From assembly GCF_009914755.1 (NCBI RefSeq), contig NC_060948.1: 64,000 bases of DNA; one strand, 5' to 3'. Made by a program: the position numbers and the translations under genes. Below are positions 1-12,028 of the stretch, piece by piece. The DNA comes from the human T2T-CHM13v2.0 reference genome, Homo sapiens. Position 1 is the stretch's first letter, and each line of letters opens with the position of its first letter. Below the pieces are notes generated by a model that was not told the DNA's origin, did no database searches, and saw only the letters and a program-made list of their open reading frames with translations.

Positions 1-1333
1 ACTGGAATGGAATGAAATCACATGGAATGGGAACGAATGGAATGGAATGGAAAGGAATGGAATCGAATGGAAAGGAATCGAATGGAAGGGAATGAAATTG
101 AATCAACAGGAATGGAAGGGAATAGAATAGACGGTAATGGAATGGACTCGAATAGAATGGACACGAATGCTCAAATTGAATGGACTCCAATGGAATGGAA
201 ACGAAAGGAATGTCATCGAATAGAATTGAATCGACTGGAATGAAATCGCAAGAATGGAGTGGAATCAAATGGAATTGAATCGAAAGGAAAGGAAGCGAAT
301 GGACTGAAATGAAATGGAATGGAATTGAATGGAAAGTAATGCAATGGAATAGAATGGAACGAAATTTCACGGAATGGAATCAAACTGAAAGGAATCAAAT
401 CAATGGAATCTAATCAAATGGAATGGAAGGGAATTGAATGGAGTAGATTGGATTGGATGGGATTGGAGTGAAATGTACTGGAAAGGACTCGAATTTCATG
501 AAACGGAATGGAATGAATTGGAACGGAATGGACTCGAATGGAATGGAATGTCATGGAATGGCATCAAATGGAATGGCATCAAATGGAATGGAATCGAATG
601 CAATGGAATGCTATGGAATGGAATGGAATGCATTGGAATGGAATGTCCTCTAATGGAATGGATTCGAGTGGAATGGAATCGAATATAATGGAGTCGAATG
701 AAATGGAATTGAAAGGAATGGGATCGAATACAATGGAATATGCTGGAATGTAATGTAATGAACTCGAATGTAATTGACTGGAATGGAATGTACATGAATG
801 GAATGTAATCGAATGGAAAGTAATCCAATGGAATAGAATCTAATGCAATAAAATCGACTCAGATAGAGTAGAATGTAATGGAATGGAGTGCAGTACAATG
901 GAATGGAATGGAATGCAATGGAATGGAATGGAATGGAATGGAATGGAATGGAATGGAATGGGATGGAATGGGATGGAATGGTATGGAGTGGATAGTAATG
1001 GACTGGAGTGAAATGGACTGGAAAGGAATGGACTCAAATTGAAAGGGCTCGAAAGGAATGGAGTCAAATGGAATGGTCTGGAATGGAATGAACACGAATG
1101 TAATGCAATCCAATAGAATGGAATCGAATGGCATGGAATATAAAGAAATGGAATCGAAGAGAATGGAAACAAATGGAATGGAATTGAATGGAATGGAATT
1201 GAATGGGATGGGAACGAATGGAGTGAAATTGTATGCAGTAGAAGGGAATAGAATGGAATGCAAGCGAAAGGAAAGGAATGGATTGGAATGGAATGGAATT
1301 CATTGGAATGGAAGGGAATGTAGTGTAATGGAC
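1..1333 (+). repeat. Partial DYZ1 unit U0 (3' part)
   Basis: Collinear with the last ~1.33 kb of the following units; ends at AGGCCT 1334. Confidence 0.9.
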
Positions 1334-1709
1334 AGGCCTGGAATAAAGTGGAATGCTACGGTCTCGAATGGAATAAAAATGTATGGAATGGAATGCAATG
1401 AAACGGAATCGAATGTCATAGAATGTAATGGAATGCAAAAAAATGGAATCCAAAATCATTGACTGGAAAGGCTGGGTGTCGAAAGGAATTGACTCCAATG
1501 ATATGGAATCGAATGGAATGGAAGTGAATAGAATCGAACTAAATCGAATGGAATGGAATTGATAGGAACGGAATGGAAAGGAATGCAATGAATTGGCATG
1601 GAATGGAATCGAATGGCATCGAATGGAATGGAATGGAATGCAATGGAATGGAATGTATTAGAATGTAATGAACTTTAATGGAATGTACTCGAATGGATTC
1701 GACTGGAAT

Positions 1710-1724
1710 GGAATGTTCTGGAAG
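1710..1724. promoter_or_regulatory. Heat-shock element consensus match HSE-1 (U1 copy; recurs about +376 bp from each AGGCCT)
   Basis: gGAAtgTTCtgGAAg = nGAAnnTTCnnGAAn; motif match only, binding not shown. Confidence 0.5.
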
Positions 1725-1989
1725 TGAATGGACTCCAATGGAATGGATTCAAAAGGAATGGAATCGTACGGAATGGAATCTAATGGAATGGAATTAAATG
1801 GAAATGAATCAAATTGAATAGCACGGAATTGAATTGAATGGAATTGAATGCAATGGAATCTAATGAAACGGAAAGGAAAGGAATGGAATGGAATGGAATG
1901 GGCTGGAATGGAAAGGAATCGAAACGAATGGAGTGGAATCGAACTGAAGAGACTGGAATGGAATGCACTGGAATGGAAGGGAGTGTAAT

Positions 1990-2004
1990 GGAAGGTTCTC
2001 GAAA
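1990..2004. promoter_or_regulatory. Heat-shock element consensus match HSE-2 (U1 copy; recurs about +656 bp from each AGGCCT)
   Basis: gGAAggTTCtcGAAa = nGAAnnTTCnnGAAn; motif match only. Confidence 0.5.
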
Positions 2005-3000
2005 AAAATGGAATCGAATGGAATGGAATTGAATGGAACGGAATAGAGTCGAATGGAATTGAATGGAATGGAATGGACTAGAGTGAAATGGAATCGAACC
2101 ACAAGGAATGGACAGGAATAGAATGGTCTCGAATTGAATGGAATCGTATGGAATGGCATCAAACGGAATGGAATGGACAGCCACGGAATGGAATGCACTC
2201 GAATGCAATGGAGTCGAAACTAATGGACTGGAATAGAATGGACTCGACTGGTACGGACTCCAATGGAATGGAATCGAATGGAAGGGAATCGAACGGAATG
2301 GACTGGAAGGGAAAAGACTGCAATGGAAAGGTCTCGAATGGAATGGAAATTAATGGAATGGAATGGAATCGAATGAAATGGAGTCAAAAGGAATGGAATC
2401 GAATGGCAAGAAATCGAATGTAATGGAATCGCAAGGAATTGATGTGAATGGAGCGGAATGGAATGGAATCCAAAGGAATGGAATCGAATGGAAAGGACTC
2501 GAATGGAAATCACTCGAATAGAATGCAATTTAATAAAATAGGATCAAATGTAATGGAATGGAATGGAAAGGAATCGAAACGAAAGGAATGGAGACAGATG
2601 GAATGGAATGGAACAGAGAGCAATGGTATAGAATGGAATGGAATCATCTGGAATGGAATTGAATGGAATGGAATAATATGAAATGGAATGGAATGGAATG
2701 GAATGGAATGCCCTTGAATTAAATGGACTGGAATGGAATGGACTCGAACAGAGTGGAATGGAAAGTGTTGAGATAGAATGGAATGGACTCCTTTGGAATG
2801 GTGTAGTATGCAATGCAATCGACTGGCAGGGAATCAAAAGAAATGTAATGGAATGGATTGGACTGGAATGCAATGGACTCGAATAGATTGGAAACGGAAT
2901 GCAAAGGAATGGAATGGAATAGTATGGAATGGAATGGAAAGGAATGGAGTGGAATAGACTAGAGTGGAATGGAATGGACTGGAAAGCAATGGACTGGAAT

Positions 3001-3015
3001 GGAACTTTCTTGAAT
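3001..3015. promoter_or_regulatory. Heat-shock element consensus match HSE-3 (U1 copy; recurs about +1.65-1.70 kb from each AGGCCT)
   Basis: gGAActTTCttGAAt = nGAAnnTTCnnGAAn; motif match only. Confidence 0.5.
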
Positions 3016-4882
3016 GGACTGGAATCAAACGGAATGGAATGCAATGCAATCAAATGGCATGGAATAAAATAGAATGAAAGAGAATCAAATGGAATTGAAT
3101 CGAATGGAATCGAATGGATTGGAAATTAATAGAATGGAATGGAATGGAATTGACTCGAATGGAATGGACTAGAATGGAATGGATTCGAATGGAAGGCAAA
3201 GGAATGGAATCTATTGGAATGGACTGTAATGGAATGGAATGGAAAGGATTGGAATGGACTCGAATGGAATGGACTGCAATAGAAAGGATTCGAATGGAAT
3301 GAAAAAGAATTGAATGGAATAGAACAGAATGGAATCAAATCGAATGAAATGAAATGGAATAGAAAGGAATGGAATGAAATGGAATGGAAAGGATTCGAAT
3401 GGAATGCAATCGAATGGAATGGAATCGAACGGAATGGAATAAAATGGAAGAAAACTGGCAAGAAATGGAATCGAAATGAATGGAGTGTTATGGAACGGAC
3501 TCAAAAGGAATTGAATGTAATAGAATGGAGTGGAGTGGACTCGAATATAATGGAATGGAATGGAATGAAATCACAAGGAATGGGAACGAATGGAATGGAA
3601 TGGAAAGGAATGGAATCGAATGGAAAGGAATCGAATGGAAGGGAATGAAATTGAATCAACAGGAATGGAAGGGAATAGAATAGACGGTAATGGAATGGAC
3701 TCGAATAGAATGGACACGAATGCTCAAATTGAATGGACTCGAATGGAATGGAAACGAAAGGAATGTCATCGAATGGAATTGAATGGATTGGAATGAAATC
3801 GCATAGAATGGAGTGGAATCAAATGGAATTGAATCGAAAGGAAAGGAAGCGAATGGACTGAAATGAAATGGAATGGAATTGAATGGAAAGTAATGCAATG
3901 GAATAGAATGGAACGAAATTTCACGGAATGGAATCAAACTGAATGGAATCAAATCAATGGAATCAAATCAAATGGAATGGAAAGGAATTGAATGGAGTAG
4001 ATTGGATTGGATGGGATTGGAATGAAATGTACTGGAAAGGACTCGAATTTCATGAAACGGAATGGAATGAATTGGAACGGAATGGACTCGAATGGAATGG
4101 AATGTCATGGAATGGCATCAAATGGAATGGCATCAAATGGAATGGAATCGAATGCAATGGAATGCTATGGAATGGAATGGAATGCATTGGAATGGAATGT
4201 CCTCTAATGGAATGGATTCGAGTGGAATGGAATCGAATATAATGGAGTCGAATGAAATGGAATTGAAAGGAGTGGGATCGAATACAATGGAATATACTGG
4301 AATGTAATGTAATGAACTCGAATGTAATTGACTGGAATGGAATGTACATGAATGGAATGTAATCGAATGGAAAGTAATCCAATGGAATAGAATCTAATGC
4401 AATAAAACCGACTCAGATAGAGTAGAATGTAATGGAATGGAGTGCAGTGCAATGGAATGGAATGGAATGGAAGGCAATGGAATGGAATGGAATGGAATGG
4501 AATGGAATGGAATGGAATGGGATGGAATGGGATGGAATGGATAGTAATGGACTGGAGTGAAAGGGACTGGAAAGGAATGGACTCAAATTGAAAGGGCTCG
4601 AAAGGAATGGAGTCAAATGGAATGGTCTGGAATGGAATGAACACGAATGTAATGCAATCCAATAGAATGGAATCGAATGGCATGGAATATAAAGAAATGG
4701 AATAGAAGAGAATGGAAACAAATGGAATGGAATTGAATGGAATGGAATTGAATGGAATGGGAACGAATGGAGTGAAATTGTATGCAGTAGAAGGGAATAG
4801 AATGGAATGCAAGCGAAAGGAAAGGAATGGATTGGAATGGAATGGAATTCATTGGAATGGAAGGGAATGTAGTGTAATGGAC

Positions 4883-7800
4883 AGGCCTGGAATAAAGTGG
4901 AATGCTACGGTCTCGAATGGAATAAAAATGTATGGAATGGAATGCAATGAAACGGAATCGAATGTCATAGAATGTAATGGAATGCAAAAAAATGGAATCC
5001 AAAATCATTGACTGGAAAGGCTGGGTGTCGAAAGGAATTGACTCCAATGGAATGGAATCGAATGGAATGGAAGTGAATAGAATCGAACTAAATCGAATGG
5101 AATGGAATTGATAGGAACGGAATGGAAAGGAATGCAATGATTTGGCATGGAATGGAATCGAATGGCATCGAATGGAATGGAATGGAATGCAATGGAATGG
5201 AATGTATTAGAATGTAATGAACTTTAATGGAATGTACTCGAATGGATTCGACTGGAATGGAATGTTCTGGAAGTGAATGGACTCCAATGGAATGGATTCA
5301 AAAGGAATGGAATCGTACGGAATGGAATCTAATGGAATGGAATTAAATGGAAATGAATCAAATTGAATAGCACGGAATTGAATTGAATGGAATGGAATGC
5401 AATGGAATCTAATGAAACGGAAAGGAAAGGAATGGAATGGAATGGAAAGGGCTGGAATGGAAAGGAATCGAAACGAATGGAATGGAATCGAACTGAAGAG
5501 ACTGGAATGGAATGCACTGGAATGGAAGGGAGTGTAATGGAAGGTTCTCGAAAAAAATGGAATCGAATGGAATGGAATTGAATGGAACGGAATAGAGTCG
5601 AATGGAATTGAATGGAATGGAATGGACTAGAGTGAAATGGAATCGAACCACAAGGAATGGACAGGAATAGAATGGTCTCGAATTGAATGGAATCGTATGG
5701 AATGGCATCAAACGGAATGGAATGGACAGCCACGGAATGGAATGCACTCGAATGCAATGGAGTCGAAACTAATGGACTGGAATAGAATGGACTCGACTGG
5801 TACGGACTCCAATGGAATGGAATCGAATGGAAGGGAATCGAACGGAATGGACTCGAAGGGAAAAGACTGCAATGGAAAGGTCTCGAATGGAATGGAAATT
5901 AATGGAATGGAATGGAATCGAATGAAATGGAGTCAAAAGGAATGGAATCGAATGGCAAGAAATCGAATGTAATGGAATCGCAAGGAATTGATGTGAACGG
6001 AACGGAATGGAATGGAATCCAAAGGAATGGAATAGAATGGAATGGAATCGAATGGAAAGGACTCGAATGGAAATCACTCGAATAGAATGCAATTTAATAA
6101 AATAGGATCAAATGTAATGGAATGGAATGGAAAGGAATCGAAACGAAAGGAATGGAGACAGATGGAATGGAATGGAACAGAGAGCAATGGTATAGAATGG
6201 AATGGAATCATCTGGAATGGAATTGAATGGAATGGAATAATATGAAATGGAATGGAATGGAATGGAATGGAATGGAATGGAATGCCCTTGAATTAAATGG
6301 ACTGGAATGGAATGGACTCGAACAGAGTGGAATGGAAAGTGTTGAGATAGAATGGAATGGACTCCTTTGGAATGGTGTAGTATGCAATGCAATCGACTGG
6401 CAGGGAATCAAAAGGAATGTAATCGAATGGATTGGACTGGAATGCAGTGGACTCGAATAGATTGGAAACGGAATGCAAAGGAATGGAATGGAATAGTATG
6501 GAATGGAATGGAAAGGAATGGAGTGGAATAGACTAGAGTGGAATGGAATGGACTGGAAAGCAATGGACTGGAATGGAACTTTCTTGAATGGACTGGAATC
6601 AAACGGAATGGAATGCAATGCAATCAAATGGCATGGAATAAAATAGAATGAAAGAGAATCAAATGGAATTGAATCGAATGGAATCGAATGGATTGGAAAG
6701 GAATAGAATGGAATGGAATGGAATTGACTCAAATGGAATGGACTAGAATGGAATGGATTCGAATGGAAGGCAAAGGAATGGAATCTATTGGAATGGACTG
6801 TAATGGAATGGAATGGAAGGGATTGGAATGGACTCGAATGGAATGGACTGCAATAGAAAGGATTCGAATGGAATGAAAAAGAATTGAATGGAATAGAACA
6901 GAATGGAATCAAATCGAATGAAATGGAATGGAATAGAAAGGAATGGAATGAAATGGAATGGAAAGGATTCGAATGGAATGCAATCGAATGGAATGGAATC
7001 GAACGGAATGGAATAAAATGGAAGAAAACTGGCAAGAAATGGAATCGAAATGAATGGAGTGTTATGGAACGGACTCAAAAGGAATTGAATGTAATAGAAT
7101 GGAGTGGAGTGGACTCGAATATAATGGACTGGAATGGAATGAAATCACATGGAATGGGAACGAATGGAATGGAATGGAAAGGAATGGAATCGAATGGAAA
7201 GGAATCGAATGGAAGGGAATGAAATTGAATCAACAGGAATGGAAGGGAATAGAATAGACGGTAATGGAATGGACTCGAATAGAATGGACACGAATGCTCA
7301 AATTGAATGGACTCCAATGGAATGGAAACGAAAGGAATGTCATCGAATAGAATTGAATCGATTGGAATGAAATCGCAAGAATGGAGTGGAATCAAATGGA
7401 ATTGAATCGAAAGGAAAGGAAGCGAATGGACTGAAATGAAATGGAATGGAATTGAATGGAAAGTAATGCAATGGAATAGAATGGAACGAAATTTCACGGA
7501 ATGGAATCAAACTGAAAGGAATCAAATCAATGGAATCTAATCAAATGGAATGGAAGGGAATTGAATGGAGTAGATTGGATTGGATGGGATTGGAGTGAAA
7601 TGTACTGGAAAGGACTCGAATTTCATGAAACGGAATGGAATGAATTGGAACGGAATGGACTCGAATGGAATGGAATGTCATGGAATGGCATCAAATGGAA
7701 TGGCATCAAATGGAATGGAATCGAATGCAATGGAATGCTATGGAATGGAATGGAATGCATTGGAATGGAATGTCCTCTAATGGAATGGATTCGAGTGGAA

Positions 7801-8445
7801 TGGAATCGAATATAATGGAGTCGAATGAAATGGAATTGAAAGGAATGGGATCGAATACAATGGAATATGCTGGAATGTAATGTAATGAACTCGAATGTAA
7901 TTGACTGGAATGGAATGTACATGAATGGAATGTAATCGAATGGAAAGTAATCCAATGGAATAGAATCTAATGCAATAAAATCGACTCAGATAGAGTAGAA
8001 TGTAATGGAATGGAGTGCAGTACAATGGAATGGAATGGAATGCAATGGAATGGAATGGAATGGAATGGAATGGGATGGAATGGGATGGAATGGTATGGAA
8101 TGGATAGTAATGGACTGGAGTGAAATGGACTGGAAAGGAATGGACTCAAATTGAAAGGGCTCGAAAGGAATGGAGTCAAATGGAATGGTCTGGAATGGAA
8201 TGAACACGAATGTAATGCAATCCAATAGAATGGAATCGAATGGCATGGAATATAAAGAAATGGAATCGAAGAGAATGGAAACAAATGGAATGGAATTGAA
8301 TGGAATGGAATTGAATGGAATGGGAACGAATGGAGTGAAATTGTATGCAGTAGAAGGGAATAGAATGGAATGCAAGCGAAAGGAAAGGAATGGATTGGAA
8401 TGGAATGGAATTCATTGGACTGGAAGGGAATGTAGTGTAATGGAC
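4883..8445 (+). repeat. DYZ1 unit U2 (3563 bp)
   Basis: AGGCCT 4883 to 8446; +10 and -10 in the two pure GGAAT tracts, 1 bp deletion near 7378. Confidence 0.9.
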
Positions 8446-11400
8446 AGGCCTGGAATAAAGTGGAATGCTACTGTCTCGAATGGAATAAAAATGTATGGAA
8501 TGGAATGCAATGAAACGGAATCGAATGTCATAGAATGTAATGGAATGCAAAAAAATGGAATCCAAAATCATTGACTGGAAAGGCTGGGTGTCAAAAGGAA
8601 TTGACTCCAATGGAATGGAATCGAATGGAATGGAAGTGAATAGAATCGAACTAAATCGAATGGAATGGAATTGATAGGAACGGAATGGAAAGGAATGCAA
8701 TGAATTGGCATGGAATGGAATCGAATGGCATCGAATGGAATGGAATGGAATGCAATGGAATGGAATGTATTAGAATGTAATGAACTTTAATGGAATGTAC
8801 TCGAATGGATTCGACTGGAATGGAATGTTCTGGAAGTGAATGGACTCCAATGGAATGGATTCAAAAGGAATGGAATCGTACGGAATGGAATCTAATGGAA
8901 TGGAATTAAATGGAAATGAATCAAATTGAATAGCACGGAATTGAATTGAATGGAATGGAATGCAATGGAATCTAATGAAACGGAAAGGAAAGGAATGGAA
9001 TGGAATGGAATGGGCTGGAATGGAAAGGAATCGAAACGAATGGAATGGAATCGAACTGAAGAGACTGGAATGGAATGCACTGGAATGGAAGAGAGTGTAA
9101 TGGAAGGTTCTCGAAAAAAATGGAATCGAATGGAATGGAATTGAATGGAACGGAATAGAGTCGAATGGAATTGAATGGAATGGAATGGACTAGAGTGAAA
9201 TGGAATCGAACCACAAGGAATGGACAGGAATAGAATGGTCTCGAATTGAATGGAATCGTATGGAATGGCATCAAACGGAATGGAATGGACAGCCACGGAA
9301 TGGAATGCACTCGAATGCAATGGAGTCGAAACTAATGGACTGGAATAGAATGGACTCGACTGGTACGGACTCCAATGGAATGGAATCGAATGGAAGGGAA
9401 TCAAACGGAATGGACTCGAAGGGAAAAGACTGCAATGGAAAGGTCTCGAATGGAATGGAAATTAATGGAATGGAATGGAATCGAATGAAATGGAGTCAAA
9501 AGGAATGGAATCGAATGGCAAGAAATCGAATGTAATGGAATCGCAAGGAATTGATGTGAACGGAACGGAATGGAATGGAATCCAAAGGAATGGAATAGAA
9601 TGGAATGGAATCGAATGGAAAGGACTCGAATGGAAATCACTCGAATAGAATGCAATTTAATAAAATAGGATCAAATGTAATGGAATGGAATGGAAAGGAA
9701 TCGAAACGAAAGGAATGGAGACAGATGGAATGGAATGGAACAGAGAGCAATGGTATAGAATGGAATGGAATCATCTGGAATGGAATTGAATGGAATGGAA
9801 TAATATGAAATGGAATGGAATGGAATGGAATGGAATGGAATGGAATGGAATGGAATGCCCTTGAATTAAATGGACTGGAATGGAATGGACTCGAACAGAG
9901 TGGAATGGAAAGTGTTGAGATAGAATGCAATGGACTCCTTCGGAATGGTCTAGTATGCAATGCAATCGACTGGCAGGGAATCAAAAGGAATGTAATCGAA
10001 TGGATTGGACTGGAATGCAGTGGACTCGAATAGATTGGAAACGGAATGCAAAGGAATGGAATGGAATAGTATGGAATGGAATGGAAAGGAATGGAGTGGA
10101 ATAGACTAGAGTGGAATGGAATGGACTGGAAAGCAATGGACTGGAATGGAACTTTCTTGAATGGACTGGAATCAAACGGAATGGAATGCAATGCAATCAA
10201 ATGGCATGGAATAAAATAGAATGAAAGAGAATCAAATGGAATTGAATCGAATGGAATCGAATGGATTGGAAAGGAATAGAATGGAATGGAATGGAATTGA
10301 CTCAAATGGAATGGACTAGAATGGAATGGATTCGAATGGAAGGCAAAGGAATGGAATCTATTGGAATGGACTGTAATGGAATGGAATGGAAGGGATTGGA
10401 ATGGACTCGAATGGAATGGACTGCAATAGAAAGGATTCGAATGGAATGAAAAAGAATTGAACGGAATAGAACAGAATGGAATCAAATCGAATGAAATGGA
10501 ATGGAATAGAAAGGAATGGAATGAAATGGAATGGAAAGGATTCGAATGGAATGCAATCGAATGGAATGGAATCGAACGGAATGGAATAAAATGGAAGAAA
10601 ACTGGCAAGAAATGGAATCGAAATGAATGGAGTGTTATGGAACGGACTCAAAAGGAATTGAATGTAATAGAATGGAGTGGAGTGGACTCGAATATAATGG
10701 ACTGGAATGGAATGAAATCACATGGAATGGGAACGAATGGAATGGAATGGAAAGGAATGGAATCGAATGGAAAGGAATCGAATGGAAGGGAATGAAATTG
10801 AATCAACAGGAATAGAAGGGAATAGAATAGACGGTAATGGAATGGACTCGAATAGAATGGACACGAATGCTCAAATTGAATGGACTCCAATGGAATGGAA
10901 ACGAAAGGAATGTCATCGAATAGAATTGAATCGATTGGAATGAAATCGCAAGAATGGAGTGGAATCAAATGGAATTGAATCGAAAGGAAAGGAAGCGAAT
11001 GGACTGAAATGAAATGGAATGGAATTGAATGGAAAGTAATGCAATGGAATAGAATGGAACGAAATTTCACGGAATGGAATCAAACTGAAAGGAATCAAAT
11101 CAATGGAATCTAATCAAATGGAATGGAAAGGAATTGAATGGAGTAGATTGGATTGGATGGGATTCTAGTGAAATGTACTGGAAAGGACTCGAATTTCATG
11201 AAACGGAATGGAATGAATTGGAACGGAATGGACTCGAATGGAATGGAATGTCATGGAATGGCATCAAATGGAATGGCATCAAATGGAATGGAATCGAATG
11301 CAATGGAATGCTATGGAATGGAATGGAATGCATTGGAATGGAATGTCCTCTAATGGAATGGATTCGAGTGGAATGGAATCAAATATAATGGAGTCGAATG

Positions 11401-12028
11401 AAATGGAATTGAAAGGAATGGGATCGAATGCAATGGAATATACTGGAATGTAATGTAATGAACTCGAATGTAATTGACTGGAATGGAATGTACATGAATG
11501 GAATGTAATCGAATGGAAAGTAATCCAATGGAATAGAATCTAATGCAATAAAATCGACTCAGATAGAGTAGAATGTAATGGAATGGAGTGCAGTACAATG
11601 GAATGGAATGGAATGCAATGGAATGGAATGGAATGGAATGGAATGGAATGGAATGGAATGGAATGGGATGGAATGGGATGGAATGGATAGTAATGGACTG
11701 GAGTGAAATGGACTGGAAAGGAATGGACTCAAATTGAAAGGGCTCGAAAGGAATGGAGTCAAATGGAATGGTCTGGAATGGAATGAACACGAATGTAATG
11801 CAATCCAATAGAATGGAATCGAATGGCATGGAATATAAAGAAATGGAATCGAAGAGAATGGAAACAAATGGAATGGAATTGAATGGAATGGAATTGAATG
11901 GAATGGGAACGAATGGAGTGAAATTGTATGCAGTAGAAGGGAATAGAATGGAATGCAAGCGAAAGGAAAGGAATGGATTGGAATGGAATGGAATTCATTG
12001 GAATGGAAGGGAATGTAGTGAAATGGAC
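8446..12028 (+). repeat. DYZ1 unit U3 (3583 bp)
   Basis: AGGCCT 8446 to 12029; +20 in the GGAAT tract near 9810-9855, 1 bp deletion near 10950. Confidence 0.9.

Larger units (their letters stand above)
1334..4882 (+). repeat. DYZ1 unit U1 (3549 bp)
   Basis: AGGCCT at 1334 to AGGCCT at 4883; 15 bp deletion near 2480. Confidence 0.9.

Noticed and set aside
406-416. GAATCTAATCA resembling a DUX4 site
   Set aside because: It mismatches the TAAT start, occurs in only a few units, and is easily derived from the pentamer by chance
491-503. Palindrome TTTCATGAAA and nearby GAAATTTCACGGA (361-373) as further HSE or STAT sites
   Set aside because: Each has only two correctly spaced nGAAn units, and TTC-N2-GAA is not a STAT GAS spacing
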